A DNA stretch of 4,252 bases from a virus (Duplodnaviria; Heunggongvirae; Uroviricota; Caudoviricetes): the IMG/VR virus record IMGVR_UViG_2671180430_000008; one strand, given 5' to 3'. A program made the translations under genes and the position numbers. Below the pieces are notes generated by a model. That model was not told the DNA's origin. It searched no databases and worked only from the letters and a program-made list of their open reading frames with translations. This document shows positions 1 through 4,252 of the stretch, piece after piece. How positions within the stretch are numbered: position 1 is the stretch's first letter; each line of letters starts with the position of its first letter.

Positions 1-2
1 AT

Positions 3-50
3 ATTGAAGAAGCATGGGCTGAGCGGCAGTTAAAAAAGGTAACTAGGTAA
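3..50 (+). CDS. 3' end of an upstream CDS running off the left edge; by position possibly the C-terminus of a Q-like late antiterminator
   Basis: Open frame from the window edge (...IEEAWAERQLKKVTR*) stopping at 48-50, just upstream of a pR'-like promoter. Frame is ambiguous: another frame stops at 31-33. Too short to identify. Confidence 0.25.
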   Translation: MEEAWAERQLKKVTR

Positions 51-55
51 CAAGG

Positions 56-83
56 TTGATTTTTCCGGAATCTGTGGTAAATT
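56..83 (+). promoter_or_regulatory. pR'-like late promoter (-35 TTGATT 56-61, 16-nt spacer, extended -10 TGgTAAATT 75-83)
   Basis: Good sigma70 match. The segment 76-98 (ggtaaattcgtcataacgatggg) closely resembles the lambda pR'/qut region as I recall it (GGTAAATTTGACTCAACGATGGG). A terminator follows about 50 nt downstream, as with lambda 6S RNA. Confidence 0.55.
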
Positions 84-130
84 CGTCATAACGATGGGCG
101 TTTTATGCCTGACGTTAGAAGAGTTTCTAC

Positions 131-154
131 AACCCGCCGCCGAGCGGGTTTTTT
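131..154 (+). terminator. tR'-like rho-independent terminator
   Basis: Stem aacccgc (131-137) / gcgggtt (144-150), 6-nt loop, T-run 149-154. Lies downstream of the pR'-like promoter. Confidence 0.7.
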
Positions 155-274
155 ATGACTGAAATCGCGTCAGTACAGTAAACGCGCTGGTGGCGGTGAA
201 TACCTGTCTTTCAGCTTGCTGGCTTTTTCGACAAGAGTTATTGGTGTGTCACGTTAACCGGAAAAGGAAAAGAC

Positions 275-472
275 ATGCTAAAACAGCAGGATATGACAGA
301 AACCGCCAGAGTGGTGTTTAATGAATTAAGCGTTACCGAACCGGCGACAGTCGGGGAGATAGCGCAGAATACTTACCTTTCACGCGAACGCTGCCAGTTA
401 ATACTGACCCAGCTGGTTATGGCGGGTCTGGCAGACTATCAGTTCGGTTGTTACAGACGCCTTCCGCAGTGA
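275..472 (+). CDS. Small (65 aa) winged-helix/HTH-like DNA-binding protein, function unknown (PapI/FaeA-like pattern is a guess)
   Basis: Shine-Dalgarno AAGGA at 264-268, 6 nt before ATG 275. Segment TVGEIAQNTYLSRERCQLILTQLVMAGL looks like a helix-turn-helix. Uses rare AGA and ATA codons matching the downstream tRNAs. Stop codon lies inside the terminator hairpin. Confidence 0.55.
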   Translation: MLKQQDMTETARVVFNELSVTEPATVGEIAQNTYLSRERCQLILTQLVMAGLADYQFGCYRRLPQ

Positions 473-482
473 AGGCTTTTTT
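459..482 (+). terminator. Rho-independent terminator overlapping the stop of the 65-aa ORF
   Basis: Stem gccttc (459-464) / gaaggc (471-476), loop cgcagt, T-run 477-482. Confidence 0.6.
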
Positions 483-500
483 ATTTGTGGTAAATGGGCG

Positions 501-529
501 GCTGGTGGGTGTTAGGGGCACCCACCAGC
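501..529 (+). promoter_or_regulatory. Perfect 11-bp inverted repeat (stem-loop or operator-like site) in the leader of the methyltransferase gene
   Basis: gctggtgggtg (501-511) and cacccaccagc (519-529) are exact reverse complements, 7-nt spacer, no T-run after. Further hairpins at 572-590 and 595-613 precede ATG 623. Confidence 0.4.
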
Positions 530-622
530 CATCTGCTCATGCGTTGGGTTCACAAGCAAACCTCAGGCCCACTGCTTTGCGCAAAAGCAGAATGAGCCTA
601 TCAGAGACAGGCTTAATGATCC

Positions 623-1681
623 ATGCTTAATACTGTAAAAATATCCAGTTGTGAGTTAATCAACGCCGACTGCCTGGAATTTATCCGGTCGTTACCCGAA
701 AATTCTGTTGACCTGATAGTCACGGACCCGCCGTACTTTAAAGTGAAGCCTGAGGGCTGGGATAACCAGTGGAAGGGCGACGATGATTACCTGAAGTGGC
801 TGGACCAGTGTCTGGCGCAGTTCTGGCGGGTGCTGAAACCTGCCGGAAGTCTTTACCTGTTCTGTGGTCATCGCCTGGCATCTGATATCGAAATCATGAT
901 GCGTGAACGCTTCAGTGTGCTGAACCATATTATCTGGGCGAAGCCGTCCGGACGCTGGAACGGATGCAACAAGGAAAGCCTGCGGGCGTATTTCCCCGCC
1001 ACAGAGCGCATTCTGTTCGCGGAACATTATCAGGGGCCGTATCGTCCGAAAGATGCCGGGTATGCGGCGAAGGGCAGTGCACTGAAACAGCATGTGATGG
1101 CCCCGCTGATTTCTTACTTTCGTGATGCGCGAGCTGCCCTGGGGATAACGGCAAAACAGATTGCAGATGCCACAGGAAAGAAAAACATGGTGTCGCACTG
1201 GTTCAGTGCCGGTCAGTGGCAGTTGCCGAATGAAAGCGATTATCTGAAATTACAGGCGCTGTTTGCCCGGGTGGCAGAAGAGAAGCATCGGCGTGGTGAA
1301 CTGGAAAAGCTCCACCACCAGCTGGTGGATACGTATACCTCACTGAACCGGCAGTATGCGGAGCTGCTGAGTGAATATAAACATCTGCGGCGGTATTTTG
1401 GCGTGACGGTGCAGGTGCCGTATACCGATGTGTGGACGCATAAACCGGTGCAGTTCTATCCCGGGAAACATCCGTGCGAAAAACCGGCAGAAATGCTGCA
1501 GCAGATAATCAGCGCTAGCAGTCGTCCGGGTGACCTGATTGCAGATTTTTTCATGGGGTTGGGTTCGACAGTGAAAGCGGCACTGGCGCTCGGGCGTCGT
1601 GCAATTGGCGTTGAGCTGGAGACTGAACGTTTTGAGCAGACGGTTCGGGAAGTACAGGATTTAGTCAGCCAGAACGGATGA
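623..1681 (+). CDS. Beta-class DNA methyltransferase (N6-adenine type by DPPY motif; N4/N6 MTase family), apparently orphan
   Basis: 352-aa ORF. Catalytic motif IV DPPY at aa 35-38 (nt 725-736) after LPENSVDLIVT; AdoMet motif I DFFMGLGST at aa 308-316 (nt 1544-1570). Order IV...TRD...I is the beta-class arrangement, unlike Dam. No endonuclease gene nearby. Weak SD. Confidence 0.88.
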   Translation: MLNTVKISSCELINADCLEFIRSLPENSVDLIVTDPPYFKVKPEGWDNQWKGDDDYLKWLDQCLAQFWRVLKPAGSLYLFCGHRLASDIEIMMRERFSVLNHIIWAKPSGRWNGCNKESLRAYFPATERILFAEHYQGPYRPKDAGYAAKGSALKQHVMAPLISYFRDARAALGITAKQIADATGKKNMVSHWFSAGQWQLPNESDYLKLQALFARVAEEKHRRGELEKLHHQLVDTYTSLNRQYAELLSEYKHLRRYFGVTVQVPYTDVWTHKPVQFYPGKHPCEKPAEMLQQIISASSRPGDLIADFFMGLGSTVKAALALGRRAIGVELETERFEQTVREVQDLVSQNG

Positions 1682-1721
1682 TATTGAAGAATTAATTACG
1701 CGTCGTTATTATGCGGCTCCC

Positions 1722-1797
1722 GGCCCTTTAGCTCAGTGGTGAGAGCGAGCGACTCATAATCGCCAGGTCGCTGGTTCAAATCCAGCAAGGGCCACCA
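1722..1797 (+). tRNA. ileZ: tRNA-Ile2 (anticodon CAU, read as lysidine-CAU decoding AUA); formally could be elongator tRNA-Met
   Basis: Manual cloverleaf: acceptor ggccctt/aagggcc, D-arm gctc...gagc, anticodon loop ctCATaa, T-arm gctgg-ttcaaat-ccagc, discriminator A, encoded CCA. G1-C72 so not initiator. Near-identical in outline to E. coli ileX as recalled. ileZ symbol by analogy to Stx phages. Confidence 0.85.
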
Positions 1798-1804
1798 TCA
1801 CATA

Positions 1805-1881
1805 CCGCCATTAGCTCATCAGGAAAGAGCGCCAGCCTTCGAAGCTGGCTGCGCGGGGTTCAAGTCCCCGATGGCGGTCCA
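1805..1881 (+). tRNA. tRNA-Arg (anticodon UCG)
   Basis: Manual cloverleaf: acceptor ccgccat/atggcgg, D-arm gctc...gagc with A20, anticodon stem ccagc/gctgg, loop ctTCGaa (C35 present), T-arm cgggg-ttcaagt-ccccg, discriminator U, encoded CCA. This Arg isoacceptor is not in the E. coli K-12 chromosomal set as far as I recall. Confidence 0.75.
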
Positions 1882-1894
1882 TTATCTGCATCAT

Positions 1895-1971
1895 GCGTTG
1901 TTAGCTCAGCCGGACAGAGCAATTGCCTTCTAAGCAATCGGTCACTGGTTCGAATCCAGTACAACGCGCCA
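1895..1971 (+). tRNA. tRNA-Arg (anticodon UCU, decodes AGA)
   Basis: Manual cloverleaf: acceptor gcgttgt/acaacgc, D-arm gctc...gagc with A20, anticodon stem attgc/gcaat, loop ctTCTaa, T-arm actgg-ttcgaat-ccagt, discriminator G, encoded CCA. Confidence 0.88.
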
Positions 1972-1985
1972 CACTTATTTTCCCT

Positions 1986-2011
1986 GGCTCGCTTTTGCGG
2001 GCCTTTTTTTT
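1986..2011 (+). terminator. Rho-independent terminator after the tRNA cluster
   Basis: Stem ggctcgc (1986-1992) / gcgggcc (1997-2003) with one G-U pair, loop tttt, then 8 T (2004-2011). Confidence 0.75.
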
Positions 2012-2458
2012 AAATGTCTCACAATTCAGACGGTTGACAGTTGTCTGTTTTGCGGGGAGTTTGTTAAAAGAAACTGGCATGGTGAATCCCCCTGTGCGGA
2101 GGGGCAATCAGCGAGTAGGTATATGGGATAATCGCGGATTCAGGTGCTGGTACTGAATTCACCGGGAGGCACCCGGCATCATGCAATGGCACATAGCGCC
2201 ACTCTCCAGCCCTCTCCGGAGGGGCTTTTCTGTGCCGGATACATCACAGTTTCTGGAACCTTAGGTACTACAGTATCAGTCAGGGTGCTATATTTTCAGA
2301 TGTGATGAAAGCCTGTCAGCAGGCAGGGCGTATCGGAAATGACCCAGTAGAGAAAACGTTGACTCAGATACCGGTGCTGAGTTACCGGGAAACCGGCATC
2401 ACATGACCGCTATCCTGAGGTGTACTGGCAATAGCGGACACTACCATTTGTTCTTTTT

Positions 2459-3277
2459 TTAAGCAGCCATCTGATGATATTTTTCCCTGAAGGCTGCCGG
2501 GGAGATATTCCCCAGACGAGAGTGACGACGCTGACGATTGTAGAAAATCTCAATGTATTCCCGTATTACTGAGATGGCTTCATCCCGGTTATTAAAACGA
2601 TAGTGGCTCAGGCTCTCATTTTTCAGCGTTCCCCAGAAGCTTTCCATCGGAGCGTTGTCGTAACAGTTACCTTTACGCGACATTGATGTTTTCAGACCAG
2701 ACTGCTCCTGTATGACCCGGTAATCGTATGCGCAGTACTGTGAACCTCGATCAGAGTGGTGGATTAGCCCGGCAGGTGGGCGCTGGCTCCTGAGCGCCAT
2801 AAACAGGGCTTTACCTGTCAGCTCTTTTGTCATGCGCTCTCCCATGGCGTAGCCGACAATTTCGCACGTATAAACATCTTTGATGCCAGCGAGGTACAAC
2901 CATCCCTCCTGTGTGGCAACATACGTCAGGTCCGCCACCCAGACCTGATTTGGTGCTGTAGGAGCGAACGTCTGGTTCAGCAGATTTGGCGCAACTGGCA
3001 GATTGTGGTTCGAGTTCGTAGTCGCTCTGAACTTGCGTTTCTGCTTACAGCGTAGCCTTAGCTCCTTACGAAGACGTGCCAGTCGGTCACGACCAACGAT
3101 GATGCCATTCTCTGCCAGCTCCGTCTGGAGCCGCCGGGTTCCATATGTTTCGCGAGTGCGGATATGTGCCACCTTAATCTCCAGTTTTAGCCGCTCATCA
3201 CTTTGTTTTCTGTCTGAGGGTTCATGCTGTACCCAGTTGTAATAACCGCTCCTGGATACACCAAATACCTGACACAT
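2459..3277 (-). CDS. IS3-family transposase OrfB (DDE integrase/catalytic core)
   Basis: 272 aa from first Met. DDE-type segments WVADLTYV, HHSDRGSQY, CYDNAPMESF. N-terminal region EAMCQVFGVSRSGYYNW matches the IS3-family OrfB pattern. Normally expressed as an OrfAB fusion by -1 frameshift. Confidence 0.9.
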   Translation of the reverse strand: MCQVFGVSRSGYYNWVQHEPSDRKQSDERLKLEIKVAHIRTRETYGTRRLQTELAENGIIVGRDRLARLRKELRLRCKQKRKFRATTNSNHNLPVAPNLLNQTFAPTAPNQVWVADLTYVATQEGWLYLAGIKDVYTCEIVGYAMGERMTKELTGKALFMALRSQRPPAGLIHHSDRGSQYCAYDYRVIQEQSGLKTSMSRKGNCYDNAPMESFWGTLKNESLSHYRFNNRDEAISVIREYIEIFYNRQRRHSRLGNISPAAFREKYHQMAA

Positions 3278-3312
3278 CGCTTCAATGGGAAATTGTTGTC
3301 GCCATTGTTCGA

Positions 3313-3438
3313 TTAACGCGTATTTTTCAGCGACTCCTGTGCAAAATACGCTGTTGCTTTTTTTAATATATCTCGCTCAAGGCGAGCTTCATTTAACGCC
3401 TTACGAAAACTCCGGAGGGGCTGTTTATATTGATTTTG
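3313..3438 (-). pseudogene. Remnant of IS3-family orfA (C-terminal ~41 codons only)
   Basis: Minus-strand frame reads QNQYKQPLRSFRKALNEARLERDILKKATAYFAQESLKNTR*, stop at 3313-3315. An in-frame TGA lies at 3439-3441; no HTH-encoding N-terminal part follows. Confidence 0.6.
3358..3366 (-). other. Programmed -1 frameshift slippery site (A-run followed by G) at the orfA/orfB overlap of the IS
   Basis: Minus strand reads TTA AAA AAA GCA in the orfA frame (T7 at 3358-3364 on plus). OrfB lies in the -1 frame relative to orfA. Confidence 0.55.
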
Positions 3439-3454
3439 TCAGATGTGAGTAAAC

Positions 3455-3488
3455 TCCTTATGGACTTTGTTGTTTTAGTCCATAAGGA
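3455..3488. repeat. Perfect 11-bp inverted repeat with 12-nt spacer
   Basis: tccttatggac (3455-3465) and gtccataagga (3478-3488) are exact reverse complements. Overlaps the stop codon of the 111-aa ORF and lies about 15-50 bp from the IS truncation point. Confidence 0.45.
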
Positions 3489-3793
3489 CATATTTGCAGA
3501 GTGCAACGGTTATTAAAGCATTCATTCAATACGTTATCTGTATTTGTAGGGCATTCCTGGCTATTTTTGATTGAATTCCAGAATGTTTTATTGAATGGTA
3601 CTACGTTGTAAATGGTTACAGGTAGCACTTTGTTATTGAGCATGATGCCTGTGTGAGTCAGTGTAAATATACTTTCAGGAGGTAAGAAAGCATCCGATTG
3701 ATACCAGATTATTAATTTTATTTTACTCCATATGACTGAAAAAGATATTCCGCATGATGGCTGGATAACTGTATCAATCACAATCCACTTCAT
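3458..3793 (-). CDS. Hypothetical protein, 111 aa, in the AT-rich island; unknown function, possibly the N-terminal fragment of a larger gene cut by the IS-associated deletion
   Basis: ATG at 3793 with Shine-Dalgarno AGGAAA (plus 3798-3803) and a sigma70-like promoter upstream. Trp-rich N-terminal half; four Cys at C89/C100/C105/C110. Its 3' end abuts the IS deletion junction. No family recognised. Confidence 0.45.
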   Translation of the reverse strand: MKWIVIDTVIQPSCGISFSVIWSKIKLIIWYQSDAFLPPESIFTLTHTGIMLNNKVLPVTIYNVVPFNKTFWNSIKNSQECPTNTDNVLNECFNNRCTLQICPYGLKQQSP

Positions 3794-3833
3794 TTAGTTT
3801 CCTTGTTTATGCCTTGCTGGTGATGTTCTGAAA

Positions 3834-3860
3834 AGTATAAATGATATTTTTGAATGTAAA
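3834..3860 (-). promoter_or_regulatory. Candidate sigma70 promoter for the 111-aa ORF (-35 TTTACA, -10 TATACT on minus strand)
   Basis: Minus strand -35 is plus 3855-3860 (tgtaaa), -10 is plus 3834-3839 (agtata). Spacer is 15 nt (short). The -10 lies about 40 nt upstream of the ATG. Confidence 0.3.
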
Positions 3861-4053
3861 CCATAGAGCAGAATTATTTTTCTGATGTTGTTTATTGTTT
3901 ATTTAAATGCAGGGTGGTTTATATCTCGTCTTGTAGTTTATCCATGCATATCTGCTTGATAATCAGGTTTTTATTTAAGGTATGGTTTTGTGTTTTTTCT
4001 GTATTACATGTCAGGTATTTTAAAGAATTATTTTTCAGATGGTGGAAAGAACC

Positions 4054-4180
4054 ATGGCATTTAAACACTATGATGTTGTCAGGGCGGCGCCGCCGTCAGA
4101 TCTTGCGGAAAAGCTGACACATAAACTGAAAGAGGGCTGGCAGCCGTTTGGTAGTCCGGTGGCCATAACCCCTTATACCC
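4054..4180 (+). pseudogene. 5' portion of a small phage gene (DUF1737-like, recalled from memory) interrupted by IS insertion
   Basis: Start ATG 4054 with GGAAAG-type SD (alternative ATG 4039 has none). Encodes MAFKHYDVVRAAPPSDLAEKLTHKLKEGWQPFGSPVAITPYT, then the frame runs directly into the IS terminus at 4181. Confidence 0.55.
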
Positions 4181-4252
4181 TGAGGTGTACTGGCAATAGC
4201 GGACACTACCATTTGTTCTTTTTTTAAGCAGCCATCTGATGATATTTTTCCC
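4181..4252 (-). mobile_element. Right end of a second IS3-family (IS600-like) copy, same orientation as the first, continuing past the window
   Basis: 4181-4252 is 72/72 identical to 2416-2487. Flanking 3 bp are ccc here and tcc at copy 1, so these are independent insertions. Confidence 0.85.

Larger units (their letters stand above)
2416..3438 (-). mobile_element. IS3-family insertion sequence (IS600-like, name from memory), right end intact, left end and most of orfA deleted
   Basis: Terminus begins TGAGG at 2416. The first 72 bp (2416-2487) are identical to 4181-4252. Contains an intact OrfB and only the last ~41 codons of OrfA; an intact element of this type is about 1.25 kb. Left boundary uncertain within about 3405-3440. 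Confidence 0.85.

Noticed and set aside
73-495. 10-bp repeat tgtggtaaat at 73-82 and 486-495; 11-bp repeat atattgaagaa at 1-11 and 1681-1691
   Set aside because: Exact matches of 10-11 bp are expected several times by chance in a 4.2-kb window on both strands; not evidence of duplication or a shared site.
448-630. 60-aa plus-strand ORF between the small HTH gene and the methyltransferase
   Set aside because: Starts inside the previous gene, spans a terminator and three hairpins, has no SD, and encodes a low-complexity product; the region reads better as a structured leader.
692-1198. 168-aa ORF on the minus strand (and nested 74-aa ORF 930-1154) inside the methyltransferase gene
   Set aside because: Entirely antisense to a CDS with clear catalytic motifs; no RBS; composition typical of a shadow ORF in GC-rich coding sequence.
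1901-2156. ORFs of 68 aa (minus, 1901-2107) and 77 aa (plus, 1923-2156)
   Set aside because: Both start or run within the third tRNA gene and cross the terminator; artefacts of six-frame translation.
3003-3242. 79-aa plus-strand ORF
   Set aside because: Antisense to the well-supported transposase OrfB; Ser/Arg-rich low-complexity translation.
2214-3422. 13-bp identity ctccggaggggct at 2214-2226 and 3410-3422, the latter near the IS truncation point
   Set aside because: Could be microhomology used in the deletion, but one 13-mer match is only marginally rarer than chance (about 0.3 expected per window) and both copies centre on the palindrome ctccggag.
3439-4053. Possible stx or other known toxin genes, or a CRISPR array, in the AT-rich island
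   Set aside because: Translations on both strands show no resemblance to Shiga toxin A or B subunit sequences as I recall them, the interval is too short for stxAB, and there are no regularly spaced direct repeats.
3914-4117. 67-aa plus-strand ORF in the AT-rich region
   Set aside because: No RBS, hydrophobic low-complexity product typical of AT-rich non-coding DNA, and overlaps the better-supported small gene at 4054 in another frame.
4039-4227. 62-aa ORF as given in the track
   Set aside because: Chimeric: the frame runs from the phage gene across the insertion point at 4181 into the IS terminus. The real start is probably ATG 4054 and the native gene is interrupted.

Overview
The window reads as the start of the late region of a lambdoid (Stx-phage-like) prophage from an enterobacterium (E. 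coli/Shigella type), later reshaped by IS3-family insertion sequences. Left to right: a possible 3' end of an upstream gene (Q antiterminator position); a pR'-like late promoter and short leader ending in a tR'-like terminator; a 65-aa winged-helix-like ORF; a 352-aa beta-class DNA methyltransferase with no restriction partner in the window; three tRNAs (Ile2-CAU, Arg-UCG, Arg-UCU) and a terminator; about 400 bp with no convincing ORF; an IS3-family element (IS600-like) with intact OrfB but its OrfA/left end deleted; a roughly 600-bp AT-rich island (about 30% GC by eye) carrying an orphan 111-aa minus-strand ORF with its own promoter and ribosome-binding site; the first 42 codons of a small phage gene (DUF1737-like, from memory); and the right end of a second, same-orientation IS copy cutting that gene at 4181. 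No stx genes, CRISPR array or restriction endonuclease are visible. The most interesting candidate is the AT-rich island and its orphan ORF, which sits where lambdoid phages carry toxin or moron cargo. All calls are from reading the sequence by eye; no database search was run.
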